Below, piece by piece: positions 22,887 to 32,900 of a DNA stretch of 64,000 nt. The notes beneath the pieces were generated by a model, which was not told the DNA's origin, made no database searches, and worked only from the letters and a program-made list of their open reading frames with translations. Location: positions 1,932,769-1,996,768 of the forward strand of contig OZ244779.1 in NCBI GenBank assembly GCA_965219575.1. Reading direction: 5' to 3'. The translations under genes were made by a program, and so were the position numbers. Within the stretch, counting starts at the first letter, position 1, and each line of letters begins with the position of its first letter. The DNA comes from Candidatus Oxydemutatoraceae bacterium. GTDB taxonomy: Bacteria > Pseudomonadota > Gammaproteobacteria > Poriferisulfidales > Oxydemutatoraceae.

Positions 22887-22922
22887 CGGATAACCTCGCT
22901 TAATTAGGCCGCCAAAGTCCGG

Positions 22923-22995
<73 letters not shown>

Positions 22996-23052
22996 ATCAT
23001 GACCCCATAAACTATACATCATAGAAACGCTGCAATTCGTTCAGCTAACAGT

Positions 23053-24246
23053 TTATTCTATGATTTTAGCTACTACGCCTGCGCCTACCGTGCGACCTCC
23101 TTCCCTGATCGCAAAACGCAGACCTTCTTCCATCGCAATCGGTCCTATTAAACTCACCGTCATCTTCACATTGTCCCCCGGCATCACCATCTCTACACCC
23201 GACTCCAACTCTACCGCACCGGTCACATCGGTCGTCCTAAAATAAAACTGCGGTCGGTAGCCTTTGAAAAACGGCGTGTGTCGACCGCCTTCCTCTTTCG
23301 ACAATATATACACCTCGGCCTCGAACTTCTTGTGCGGGGTGATCGAACCCGGCTTGCACAATACCTGACCTCGCTCTACCTCCTCTCGCTTCGTCCCCCG
23401 CAACAACACCCCGACATTGTCTCCGGCACGACCTTCGTCCAACAACTTCCTGAACATCTCTACTCCCGTACAGGTCGTCTTGTTCGTCTCTCTTATCCCG
23501 ACAATCTCTATCTCGTCTCCTACCTTCACGATGCCTCGCTCTATACGACCAGTCACCACCGTCCCCCGTCCCGATATCGAAAATACATCTTCCACCGGCA
23601 TCAGATAGTCTCCGTCTATCGCTCGCTCCGGCTCCGGGATATACTTGTCCATCTCGGTTATCAACTGCTCTACCGACGACACCCCCATCTCCGAACCGTC
23701 TCCTTCCAACGCCTTCAGTGCCGAACCCGCCACAATCGGTATGTCGTCTCCCGGAAACTCGTAGTTCGACAATAACTCGCGCACTTCCATCTCTACCAAC
23801 TCCATCAACTCCTTGTCGTCCACCATGTCGGCTTTGTTCAAATATACGACGATATGCGGCACACCCACTTGCCGTGCCAACAAAATATGCTCTCGCGTCT
23901 GGGGCATCGGACCGTCCGCCGCACTCACCACCAATATCGCCCCGTCCATCTGTGCCGCGCCGGTTATCATGTTCTTGATATAGTCGGCGTGTCCCGGACA
24001 ATCTACATGCGCATAGTGTCTCGCTTGCGACTCATACTCCACATGCGCCGTCGCGATCGTGATCCCTCGCTCTCGTTCCTCCGGCGCATTGTCTATCTGC
24101 TCATACGAGCGATACTCGCCGGCACCCTGATTATCCGACATCACCTTGGTCATCGCCGCCGTCAGTGTCGTCTTGCCGTGATCCACATGTCCTATGGTTC
24201 CTACATTGACATGCGGTTTCGTTCTTTCAAATTTTTCTTTAGACAT
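23053..24246 (-). CDS. tuf: Elongation factor Tu
   Basis: [30 protein letters not shown]. Confidence 0.99.
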   Translation of the reverse strand: MSKEKFERTKPHVNVGTIGHVDHGKTTLTAAMTKVMSDNQGAGEYRSYEQIDNAPEERERGITIATAHVEYESQARHYAHVDCPGHADYIKNMITGAAQMDGAILVVSAADGPMPQTREHILLARQVGVPHIVVYLNKADMVDDKELMELVEMEVRELLSNYEFPGDDIPIVAGSALKALEGDGSEMGVSSVEQLITEMDKYIPEPERAIDGDYLMPVEDVFSISGRGTVVTGRIERGIVKVGDEIEIVGIRETNKTTCTGVEMFRKLLDEGRAGDNVGVLLRGTKREEVERGQVLCKPGSITPHKKFEAEVYILSKEEGGRHTPFFKGYRPQFYFRTTDVTGAVELESGVEMVMPGDNVKMTVSLIGPIAMEEGLRFAIREGGRTVGAGVVAKIIE

Positions 24247-24272
24247 AATTTATTCCTAAATTGGGTTATTGA

Positions 24273-24347
<75 letters not shown>

Positions 24348-24375
24348 GAGCAAACAGGGGTCGCAACATATCCGG

Positions 24376-24446
<71 letters not shown>

Positions 24447-24513
24447 CATTGTAACTACAACTAAAGATCCCAAAACACTGCTCCCTATCGTCGCTTCCGC
24501 TGCCGGCCATCAC

Positions 24514-24595
24514 TGGAGGGGGTAGGATTTGAACCTACGAAGGCATAGCCAGCAGATTTACAGTCTGCCCCCGTTGACCGCTTGGGTACCCCTCC
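24514..24595 (-). tRNA. tRNA-Tyr (GTA)
   Basis: GGAGGGGTACCCAAGCGGTC...GCAGACTGTAAATCTGC, long variable arm, ...CCCCTCCA. Confidence 0.97.
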
Positions 24596-24709
24596 ACAAT
24601 CTAGTGGATTGCGGATTATCCCAAAAAATCAAGCGATTTGCAAGTATAACATATTTTTGGCATACATGCTAGAATATTCTACCTTATAAATTAAAGGAGG
24701 GTTATAACG

Positions 24710-25684
24710 ATGAACGATACAAAACCACTTAAAGTAGCGATTACCGGCGCAGCCGGCAATATCGGTTATGCGCTTGCTTTTAGAATTGCAAGCGGCGCAA
24801 TGCTGGGTTCGCACCCCGTTGTGCTACATCTGATTGAAATCAGACAAGCCGAGAAACAACTCGACGGCGTGCTGATGGAATTAGAGGACTGCGCTTTTCC
24901 TTTGCTCGATGCCTGCATCGGCACGAGCGACACAGAAGCAGGTATGGAAGATGTGGATATCGCTATCTTGGTCGGATCCAAACCTCGGAGGGCGGGCATG
25001 GAGCGCAAAGACTTACTGAAAGATAACGGCGAAATTTTCAAACGCCAAGGGCAGATAATAAATGCAGTGGCATCCAGAGAAGTCAAAGTGCTTGTCGTCG
25101 GCAATCCGGCGAATACCAACGCATTGATTGCATATCGAAACGCACCCGATCTAAACCCCGACCAATTTAGTTGCATGACCCGCTTGGACCACAACCGAGC
25201 ATTGACGATGATTGCCAAGAAATATAACAAAGCCGTCGGGCAGATAAAGAAAATGATCATTTGGGGGAATCACTCGGCAACACAATTTCCCGATCCACTG
25301 CACTGCGAAATAGACGCAAAAGCCCTACAGCCGGATCACGACTGGGTGGAACAAGAATTTGTTCCTGCGGTGCAGCAACGTGGTGCAGAAGTCATAGAGG
25401 CACGCGGCGCATCGTCGGCAGGCTCTGCGGCAAACGCAATCGTCGATCATCTACGCGATTGGACCTTTGCTACCGCCGAAAACGATTGGGTCAGCATGGG
25501 GGTCGTCTCCGACGGTCATTACGGCATAGAACCCGGCATCGTCTATTCCTTCCCGGTTATTACGAAGAACGGACAATGGCGTATCGTGCCCGACCTGACG
25601 GTCAACGACTTTGAGACTAAAATGATGTTAGAGACCGAAAAAGAGTTGCACGAAGAACGTTCGGCTGTTGAACACTTACTCTAA
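24710..25684 (+). CDS. mdh: Malate dehydrogenase (cytosolic/MDH type 2)
   Basis: [46 protein letters not shown]. Confidence 0.97.
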   Translation: MNDTKPLKVAITGAAGNIGYALAFRIASGAMLGSHPVVLHLIEIRQAEKQLDGVLMELEDCAFPLLDACIGTSDTEAGMEDVDIAILVGSKPRRAGMERKDLLKDNGEIFKRQGQIINAVASREVKVLVVGNPANTNALIAYRNAPDLNPDQFSCMTRLDHNRALTMIAKKYNKAVGQIKKMIIWGNHSATQFPDPLHCEIDAKALQPDHDWVEQEFVPAVQQRGAEVIEARGASSAGSAANAIVDHLRDWTFATAENDWVSMGVVSDGHYGIEPGIVYSFPVITKNGQWRIVPDLTVNDFETKMMLETEKELHEERSAVEHLL

Positions 25685-25732
25685 GTTACTTGAGTTTCTA
25701 GGGGATTTGTTATATTGTTGCGATTTACTCCA

Positions 25733-25759
25733 AGGGGTGGAGCCGGTAGCCCCACCCCT
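25733..25759. terminator. Hairpin between convergent mdh and porin genes
   Basis: AGGGGTGG...CCACCCCT inverted repeat. Confidence 0.55.
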
Positions 25760-25766
25760 GTATACA

Positions 25767-26597
25767 TTACCAGCTACTCGATACCGAAAAAACAACTGCC
25801 TCGCAAGCGTCGTCGCATCCGTCTAAATCGGACGCATCTTGCCACGATAAATCAAATGTAAATTTATCGATAGACTTGGATACCCCGACCGCATAATATG
25901 TGTAATCAAAACCGTCGGGCGAGGTTTTATCGCCGTCCACATCTTGATAACCGACTTGAACATAAGGATCTACCATATCGGGAATACTGAAGCCGAGTCC
26001 ACCATGTACCCAAACCCCGGTATCATCTTCGCCATAAAAATCCGGCGAATAGGCGATGCCTATGTCCGCAGACGGTTGATAGTCGGTATCCCAAGTGTAG
26101 CTCAACGAACCATAAAACTCTAAAAAGTCATAGTCATTACCTGCATCCTCATTCTGGTCGGGATAAATATAGTATAAAGCACCGACATCCCAGCCTAAGC
26201 CGTTTTGGAACTCACCGGATATACCGCCGTAGACATCAATTTCTAATGACCCAAAATCCGGATTGGTATCAATAACCGCAGTTTGACCAGCAGGAACCGG
26301 CATTGGTATTGGTACTTCGGTTTCGGCTCCTGATTGGAACTCCAGACTGGAAGCCCATACGCCCAAATAGAAGCCCGATTCGTGCGAATAATCAAATCCG
26401 CCCTGCAATGCCGGATCCTCGTTGGTTTGAGAAATCCCACGGTAGACATAGTCGGATGTGAGTGTCACATTCGCGCTGAAACTGTGGGGTGAATGTCCAT
26501 CCGCAAAAGCGGAAGGAACATAGGTAGTAAATAATAGGAATAATAAGCCTCCGATAGAAGCCTTATAAGCCCTACTGAAAATATATAGATATTTCAT
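25767..26597 (-). CDS. TorF/Gcw_chp family putative outer-membrane porin
   Basis: Signal peptide; SDYVYRGISQT..PALQGGFDY.H.SGFYLGVWAS; EIDVYGG; C-terminal aromatic residue. Confidence 0.9.
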   Translation of the reverse strand: MKYLYIFSRAYKASIGGLLFLLFTTYVPSAFADGHSPHSFSANVTLTSDYVYRGISQTNEDPALQGGFDYSHESGFYLGVWASSLEFQSGAETEVPIPMPVPAGQTAVIDTNPDFGSLEIDVYGGISGEFQNGLGWDVGALYYIYPDQNEDAGNDYDFLEFYGSLSYTWDTDYQPSADIGIAYSPDFYGEDDTGVWVHGGLGFSIPDMVDPYVQVGYQDVDGDKTSPDGFDYTYYAVGVSKSIDKFTFDLSWQDASDLDGCDDACEAVVFSVSSSW

Positions 26598-26635
26598 TTT
26601 AATAACCTCACTATGAGTTGATCTTAATAACGAAT

Positions 26636-26654
26636 GATAATTAGAATAATTATC
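26636..26654. promoter_or_regulatory. Fur box
   Basis: GATAATTAGAATAATTATC matches GATAATGATAATCATTATC at 16/19, about 40 bp upstream of the porin start. Confidence 0.65.
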
Positions 26655-26719
26655 GTTATGATTATTATATTAAATCACTGCTGATAAGTCAATGAATGGC
26701 TTATAAAAATCACAAATGC

Positions 26720-27065
26720 GGGGGCGCAAGCGATTGAGATCGCGTGCAAGTACGACACCAGTTCATTCCTCCCCTGTGGAGAGAAATGGGGCTGTTGAAA
26801 AAGTCCGGACATCGCAAAAATCTGACCGCTGTGCGCCACATAATTATCCAAACCACCTGTGGGGGCAGACCTGTCTGCCCTTAAGTGCCGTTCTGCACAG
26901 CCGTAATCGCTTGCACCATTTGGTTTTAGTGTCCATAAATCGGGTGGATGAATGTATAAATCGTGCCGACCAACGCGTTACGGGCAGAACAGAGCCGCCG
27001 ATTGAGCTAGTAGGTCAATCGGCAATTTAATTTTAGTCCGCCCCTACACGCTCAATCGGCGGTTG
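26720..27065. mobile_element. Composite MITE/REP intergenic element, copy A
   Basis: End GGGGCTGTTGAAAAAGT at 26788; REP-like palindromes; GCCGATTGA-N9-TCAATCGGC hairpin at 26997-27023; inverted homolog of 52697-52945. Confidence 0.8.
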
Positions 27066-27139
27066 CCCTTGTGTTTTTCCCTTATTATTGATATGCTTTA
27101 CATCAAATTTTGATAAACCTAAAGACAAAAGAAAATCTT

Positions 27140-27445
27140 ATGAAATTATTTATTAGCACATTACTATTAGCACTTACGATAGCCTTGTCCGCTTGTGTCA
27201 GCGAGGAAGGTGCACGCAAACACGCTGCGAAAGGTCATGCGGTTGCCTCAAAAGTCGGCATGATGTCGGGAATGATGTGGAGAGCGGTTGTCTACAACAC
27301 AAATGCAGAAGAGCAGATGGAGTTGGGACATTTTGAATCGCGTGACGGATGCCACGAAGCAGTGCAAGCACACATGACCGGACACGAGCAACCTAAGGAA
27401 GGACATCTTGCCTCGGCTTGCGTGGTCGTAAAGGCCGATAACTAA
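27140..27445 (+). CDS. Small lipoprotein, unknown function
   Basis: MKLFISTLLLALTIALSAC lipobox; His/Met/Cys-rich mature part. Confidence 0.7.
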   Translation: MKLFISTLLLALTIALSACVSEEGARKHAAKGHAVASKVGMMSGMMWRAVVYNTNAEEQMELGHFESRDGCHEAVQAHMTGHEQPKEGHLASACVVVKADN

Positions 27446-27481
27446 AAGCTCTAATTATTTTACAACTTGAACACAAGCGAG

Positions 27482-28363
27482 TTACGCTTTATACGCCTGC
27501 TCGCTTACGATTTTAGCCATTGCCGACGAGTCAAGGTCGGCATCGCCGCGTTCTACCACCGACTGCAGACAAGCGTACGCCCGCTTGAGACCTTCTAAAT
27601 CTATGCCTTTGCCGTCTGCCGATTGGCAAGCAATTCTCAAGTCTTTACAATGCAAACCTGCCTTAAACCCCGGTTTATAATCGTCGGCAAGCATGCGTTG
27701 ACCATGTACCTCGAGTATTTTGCTGTTCGCAAAACCACCCAGCAGTGCTTTGCGCACTTGTCCGGCATCCACCCCGGCCGCTTTAGCAAACTCTATCGCC
27801 TCGGCGGTTGCCATGATGGTTTGTGCCACCAATAACTGGTTGCACGCCTTGGCAACTTGCCCGGCCCCGTGTTCACCGATACGGACGATATTGTGTCCGA
27901 TGATTTGAAACACCGGTAAGACCCGATTGAAGACTGCTTCCTTGCCGCCGACCATGATCGACAACTTACCTTCTATCGCACCCTGCTCCCCACCCGAGAC
28001 GGGCGCATCCAACATCTCAATGCCCTGCGCCGAGAGCACACTTGCAATCTCCCGCGTAACTTCGGGAGAGATGGTACTCATATCAACGATGACATCGCCG
28101 CGTGTCGCACCGTCGGCCAAACCGTGCTTGCCTAATATCACTTGTTCTACATCGGGTGTGTCCGACACCATAGAAAAACAAAGGCTCGCCTCGGTAGCCG
28201 CACTCGCCGGTGTATCGCATAAAATAGCACCCTGTTCTATTAAAGGTTTGGCAACTTCGGGGCGGCGTGCGAAAATGGACACCGAATATCCGGCGGACAG
28301 CAATCTCCGCACTAGAGGCTGTCCCATAATGCCGATACCGACAAAAGCAATTTTTTCGGACAT
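27482..28363 (-). CDS. 2-hydroxy-3-oxopropionate reductase / beta-hydroxyacid dehydrogenase
   Basis: GIGIMG, DAPVSGG, GAGQVAKACNQ, S.ILEVHG.RML. Confidence 0.9.
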   Translation of the reverse strand: MSEKIAFVGIGIMGQPLVRRLLSAGYSVSIFARRPEVAKPLIEQGAILCDTPASAATEASLCFSMVSDTPDVEQVILGKHGLADGATRGDVIVDMSTISPEVTREIASVLSAQGIEMLDAPVSGGEQGAIEGKLSIMVGGKEAVFNRVLPVFQIIGHNIVRIGEHGAGQVAKACNQLLVAQTIMATAEAIEFAKAAGVDAGQVRKALLGGFANSKILEVHGQRMLADDYKPGFKAGLHCKDLRIACQSADGKGIDLEGLKRAYACLQSVVERGDADLDSSAMAKIVSEQAYKA

Positions 28364-28397
28364 TTCTTAAATATGTAAATCTTTTATTGATTGTGAG

Positions 28398-29423
28398 ATG
28401 AAAACTTATTTTAACCAATTAGGCGGATTATTAGAAAAAAATTTAGGTTGTTTTTATTTAATCTCCGGCGAGGAACCGCTACAACTGATGGAAGCCGGCG
28501 ATCTCATCAGGTCGGCAGCAAAAAAACACGCCTACGAACAACGGCATCTATTTTTCGTAGACAGCGGTTTTGATTGGCAAAGCGTGGCACAACAAGCCGA
28601 CAATCTCTCGTTGTTTTCACAACGGCGTGTTATAGACATTCGCCTCGGCGGTTCTAAATTGACCGGCAAAGGAAACGATTTTTTCAAGCGTGTGCTTGAA
28701 ACACCCCCGCCGGATGTGCTGTTTATAGTGCAGGCATCCAAAGTAGACGGGCGTTCGGCTTGGGTAAAACGGGTTAACGAAAAAGCCGTATGGATACAAG
28801 TTTATTCCAAGAACTATAGCGAAACTAAAAGCTGGTTGGTAGAGAGGATGCTACGCAATAATCTCAATGCCGAAGACGGTGTCGTCGATATTATTGCGCA
28901 ACGATCGGAAGGCAATTTGCTATCGGCAGCCCAAGAAATAGAAAAGCTGAAGCTGAATTACGAAAACCAAACGATTAGTCTGCAACAAGCCGAGCAAGTC
29001 ATCGGCGACAGCGCGCACTACAGTGTCTACGAACTTGCCGACGCCGCAGTATGCGGCGATGCCGAACGTGCATTGAGAATTCTCAATAGTCTGCAAAGCG
29101 AAGCGGCACCCGAACAGTTAATTTTGTGGTCGTTGGCGAACACTATACGCACCTTGATTAAAATGGAATATCGCATCGCTACGGGTGAATCTCCGCCGGT
29201 GGTTATCAATACCGTGTGGAAAAGCAAGCAAGCAACATTCCGCAAGGCACTGCAACGGAAATTAAAAAGTCGCTGGTTAGCGATGCTATACGCCTGCTAC
29301 GATGCAGATCTGGCGATTAAAGGACAATCTTTGGAAGATAGTCGACAACAATTACACCGCTTGGTATTGACTATTTGTGGGGTGCCCGTATTGGAGGAAA
29401 AACCAAATAGCCGTATACTATGA
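28398..29423 (+). CDS. holA: DNA polymerase III delta subunit
   Basis: [27 protein letters not shown]. Confidence 0.93.
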   Translation: MKTYFNQLGGLLEKNLGCFYLISGEEPLQLMEAGDLIRSAAKKHAYEQRHLFFVDSGFDWQSVAQQADNLSLFSQRRVIDIRLGGSKLTGKGNDFFKRVLETPPPDVLFIVQASKVDGRSAWVKRVNEKAVWIQVYSKNYSETKSWLVERMLRNNLNAEDGVVDIIAQRSEGNLLSAAQEIEKLKLNYENQTISLQQAEQVIGDSAHYSVYELADAAVCGDAERALRILNSLQSEAAPEQLILWSLANTIRTLIKMEYRIATGESPPVVINTVWKSKQATFRKALQRKLKSRWLAMLYACYDADLAIKGQSLEDSRQQLHRLVLTICGVPVLEEKPNSRIL

Positions 29424-29430
29424 GGGTCTT

Positions 29431-30702
29431 ATGAACGACCCACTATCTAAAAACACCGATTCTATTGCCGAGATCGGCAAACGCGTTAAAGCAAGCGCAC
29501 CGTTCATTGCGAATGCCGATACTCGGACAAAAAACCGAGTGCTTTCGGCAACCGCAGAAATTATAATCTCAAAACGCAACACCTTGATTGCGGAAAACAG
29601 CAAGGATTTGGAAGCTGCACGCGAACGCAAAATCGGTGCCGCATTGATTGACCGTTTGGAACTCAACGCTGTGCGCATCGAGGCCATGGTGGAAGGCTTG
29701 AATCAGATAGCGGGCTTGGACGATCCGGTCGGTGAGATCTCGGATTTATGCACCCGTCCCTCGGGCATACGCGTAGGACGCATGCGGGTGCCTCTGGGTG
29801 TCATCGGTATCATTTACGAGTCGCGACCGAATGTAACGATAGACGCCGCAGCACTGTGTATTAAATCCGGCAACGCCGCCCTATTGCGCGGCGGTTCCGA
29901 AGCGATACACTCTAATATCGCCATTGCACAGTGTCTATCCGAAGGCTTACAACAAGCCGGGCTTCCGGTAGACTGCGTGCAACTGATTCAAACACCGGGG
30001 CGCGCAACGGTCGGCGAAATGCTAAAGCTCGGTGATTGCTTAGACCTCATCATCCCGCGCGGCGGCAAAGCACTGATTGAGCATATTTGCCGGAACTCGT
30101 CTATTCCGATTATCAAACATCTGCACGGGGTCTGCCATGTTTATGTCGACGACGGTGCCGATTTAGAACAAGCACTCGCTATTGCGGTGAATGCCAAAAC
30201 GCAACGATTCGGTGTCTGCAATGCGATGGAAACCCTACTCGTTGCACAATCGGTAGCCGAGGCTTTTTTACCGCGCTACGCACGCGAGATGGAAACACAC
30301 CGAGTTGAAATGCGGGGATGTGAACAAAGTTGTGCCATTCTACCCGACATAAAGCGCGCCGATGAAGCGGATTGGGGCGAGGAATATCTGGCACCGATAC
30401 TTGCAGTTAAAGTCGTCTCGGATATGGACGCGGCGATCGCACATATCAAACAATACGGTTCTCATCACACCGATGCTATCGTCAGCCGCGATTACACCCG
30501 CACGATGCGCTTTCTTCGTGAAGTCGATTCGAGTTCGGTGATGGTCAACGCCTCCACCCGCTTTGCCGACGGTTATGAATACGGACTGGGTGCCGAAATC
30601 GGCATCAGCACCGATCGCCTGCATGTACGCGGACCGGTCGGGCTACACGGATTGACGATACAAAAATATATCGTATTCGGGAACGGTCATATACGTGAAT
30701 GA
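29431..30702 (+). CDS. proA: Gamma-glutamyl phosphate reductase
   Basis: [42 protein letters not shown]. Confidence 0.97.
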   Translation: MNDPLSKNTDSIAEIGKRVKASAPFIANADTRTKNRVLSATAEIIISKRNTLIAENSKDLEAARERKIGAALIDRLELNAVRIEAMVEGLNQIAGLDDPVGEISDLCTRPSGIRVGRMRVPLGVIGIIYESRPNVTIDAAALCIKSGNAALLRGGSEAIHSNIAIAQCLSEGLQQAGLPVDCVQLIQTPGRATVGEMLKLGDCLDLIIPRGGKALIEHICRNSSIPIIKHLHGVCHVYVDDGADLEQALAIAVNAKTQRFGVCNAMETLLVAQSVAEAFLPRYAREMETHRVEMRGCEQSCAILPDIKRADEADWGEEYLAPILAVKVVSDMDAAIAHIKQYGSHHTDAIVSRDYTRTMRFLREVDSSSVMVNASTRFADGYEYGLGAEIGISTDRLHVRGPVGLHGLTIQKYIVFGNGHIRE

Positions 30703-31342
30703 GCAAACTCGCATTACGGCAATCTACGGCGGTGCTTTCGACCCCGTTCATTTGGGACACATTAAAATCGCGTTGCACATCCTCGCCCAACCCGAAATCT
30801 CCCAGCTTCGTCTACTACCATGCTATCTGCATCCGGATAAAAACGAACCCTATGCAACCTCGACACATCGCTACAATATGTTAAAACTCATCGCCAAAGA
30901 TTCCTTAACCGTAGATCATTGCGAGCTGGATCGTCAAGGCGTTTCTTACACCATCGATACGGTAAAACATTTGCGCAGAACATTGACGGCCGAGATACCG
31001 CTGGCATTGGTACTCGGGCTGGACACTTATGCGACGATCGACAGCTGGCAAAGTGCCGAGCAATTGCCTTCGTTGCTACATTTGATAGTCGTCGCCCGTC
31101 CTAAAGCGAAGTTCGAGAACAGCAATGGTAATAAAAGTTGGCAGTCGGTTGATACATTACAAGAAATGACACACCACACCGCAGGCACAGTTCACTTCAT
31201 GTCCGAGCCGTTAATAGATATATCCTCGAGCCAAATTAGAACGATGATTGCACAGGGCATACAACCCCGCTATCAATTACCGGGGGTAGTGTGGAGCTAC
31301 ATCAAAAGAAACCGATTGTACGATTACAAAGAGTCGGCATGA
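30695..31342 (+). CDS. nadD: Nicotinate-nucleotide adenylyltransferase
   Basis: [24 protein letters not shown]. Confidence 0.95.
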   Translation: MNEQTRITAIYGGAFDPVHLGHIKIALHILAQPEISQLRLLPCYLHPDKNEPYATSTHRYNMLKLIAKDSLTVDHCELDRQGVSYTIDTVKHLRRTLTAEIPLALVLGLDTYATIDSWQSAEQLPSLLHLIVVARPKAKFENSNGNKSWQSVDTLQEMTHHTAGTVHFMSEPLIDISSSQIRTMIAQGIQPRYQLPGVVWSYIKRNRLYDYKESA

Positions 31343-31698
31343 ACTCCGAAGCACTAAAACAACTCGTGATAACCCAGCTCGAAGCCTTGAAAGCGCAAGA
31401 CATCGTCGCCTTGGATATAAGCAACAAAACAACCGTCGCAGATTTTTTTATCATCGCCGGCGGCACCTCCACACGACACCGCCAAGCAACCGCCGAGCGT
31501 GTTATCGAAGCGAGCAAACTAAACGGTGTCAAAGTGCTGGGTTGCGAGGGTTTTGACACCGCCGATTGGATATTAATAGACTTGGGCGATGTCGTACTAC
31601 ATATAATGAAACAAGCGGCACGCACGCGCTACGATTTGGAGAGTTTGTGGCAAGATACCGACACGCAAGCGCAGGCACCGCATGCCGACACACATTAA
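31339..31698 (+). CDS. rsfS: Ribosome silencing factor
   Basis: KAQDI, WILIDLGDVVLHIM, YDLESLW. Confidence 0.95.
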   Translation: MNSEALKQLVITQLEALKAQDIVALDISNKTTVADFFIIAGGTSTRHRQATAERVIEASKLNGVKVLGCEGFDTADWILIDLGDVVLHIMKQAARTRYDLESLWQDTDTQAQAPHADTH

Positions 31699-32155
31699 AA
31701 TACTCGCAGTGGGTCGGCGCATGCCGTCGTGGGTCAACGACGGCATTGCAGACTACCGAAAACGCATGCGCGATATACGCTTAGAGATACTGGAAATACC
31801 GCAAGTCAAACGCACGACATCGCAACCTCCCGCGAACGCCGTGCAGCAGGAGTGTGAAAAACTACTTTCGGCAACACCGACGGATGCCTATCTCGTTGCG
31901 CTCGATCAATCGGGATTACCGCTCGGCAGCGAACAACTCGCCGCACAACTCAAACAGTGGATGCAAAACCATCAACCGGTTGCTTTTATGATCGGCGGCA
32001 GCGACGGTTTAGATAATCGCTGCAAAAAAGCAAGTCGTGCGATGTGGTCTTTATCCAATATGACATTCCCCCATGCACTGGTTCGGTTGATGTTGGTGGA
32101 GCAACTCTACAGGGCGTGGACTATTCTTAAAGGTCATCCCTATCACCGTAGTTAG
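31682..32155 (+). CDS. rlmH: 23S rRNA pseudouridine-1915 methyltransferase
   Basis: IGGSDGL, SLS.MTFPH.LVR, EQLYRA..I..GHPYHR. Confidence 0.97.
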   Translation: MPTHIKILAVGRRMPSWVNDGIADYRKRMRDIRLEILEIPQVKRTTSQPPANAVQQECEKLLSATPTDAYLVALDQSGLPLGSEQLAAQLKQWMQNHQPVAFMIGGSDGLDNRCKKASRAMWSLSNMTFPHALVRLMLVEQLYRAWTILKGHPYHRS

Positions 32156-32169
32156 AGGTTGATGGGCAT

Positions 32170-32368
32170 ATTCCCCTCCTTCGGAGGGGTGGCCTATGCA
32201 TTTTGCAATGCATGCGTTTAGCAGTTATGTTGAGGTTCTGAACAAAGTCACGCCGATTGACCTACTGGTTCAATCGGCGGTTCTATTCAGCCTGACAGGG
32301 TAGTTATCATAATTATATAGCTCATAGCAGCTGAGTTTTTGCAGTGCCGGTACTTTCTCAACAGCTCC
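32170..32368. mobile_element. Composite intergenic element, copy B
   Basis: 32170-32304 matches 48087-48221 with about 6 differences; lone MITE-like end GTACTTTCTCAACAGCTCC at 32350-32368. Confidence 0.8.
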
Positions 32369-32470
32369 ACATTGCTACTTGAGGTTGTCATATACAGTAT
32401 TTTACCAGTACACCAGGTTACCAATTATGCTACAATAAAGCTGTCAGTAGAAAACTCAGGAGAAATTAAA

Positions 32471-32749
32471 ATGAACACACACCTGAATGCAGCTCACCGC
32501 CAGCAGGAAGTGACAAACAACAACAATAATAGTTTTATTGATATATTGGCGGTGTTGCTAATCGGAGGTGTTGGCATTTTTATTGCCTTACTTGGCTTAT
32601 ATTTTGATAATCTTCCATTCTTGATAGTAGGATATGTAATCGCAATCGCTTCTGCTTGGTCTGCTATATCTAAAGCTGGAAAGTCTACTATTGAGTTTAT
32701 GAGGGAATATCGGAATTATAAAGCTGAGAAAAAGAACAAAGATCAATAG
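32471..32749 (+). CDS. Small AT-rich membrane protein (2 TM), unknown function
   Basis: AGGAG RBS before ATG 32471; two hydrophobic segments and a basic tail. Confidence 0.65.
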   Translation: MNTHLNAAHRQQEVTNNNNNSFIDILAVLLIGGVGIFIALLGLYFDNLPFLIVGYVIAIASAWSAISKAGKSTIEFMREYRNYKAEKKNKDQ

Positions 32750-32806
32750 TGACGTTAACCCATTTGACTTTCCCCCATTTTTGAGATTACCCGCAAAGTT
32801 GGTTTT
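32750..32806. mobile_element. IS3-family-like terminal repeat remnant(s)
   Basis: TGACGTTAACCCATTT (32750) and TGACTTTCCCCCATTTTTGAGATTACC... (32765-32806); 32/42 identity to the reverse complement of 42878-42919. Confidence 0.55.
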
Positions 32807-32900
32807 CATGTTACTACTTTCGTAGATATACCAGTGATTGATACCCTGATACGATAGTTCACCAGGCAATGGTTATCGCACTGGCAGGCGAACATAGGTT

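Noticed and set aside
23237-24001. 254-aa alternative-frame ORF inside tuf
   Set aside because: Consequence of the G-rich codon bias of tuf
26716-27030. 104-aa ORF and its homolog 52695-52889 (shared VLVSINRVDECIN)
   Set aside because: Both are chance translations of the repeat element; homology is at the DNA/palindrome level and the frames are not otherwise conserved
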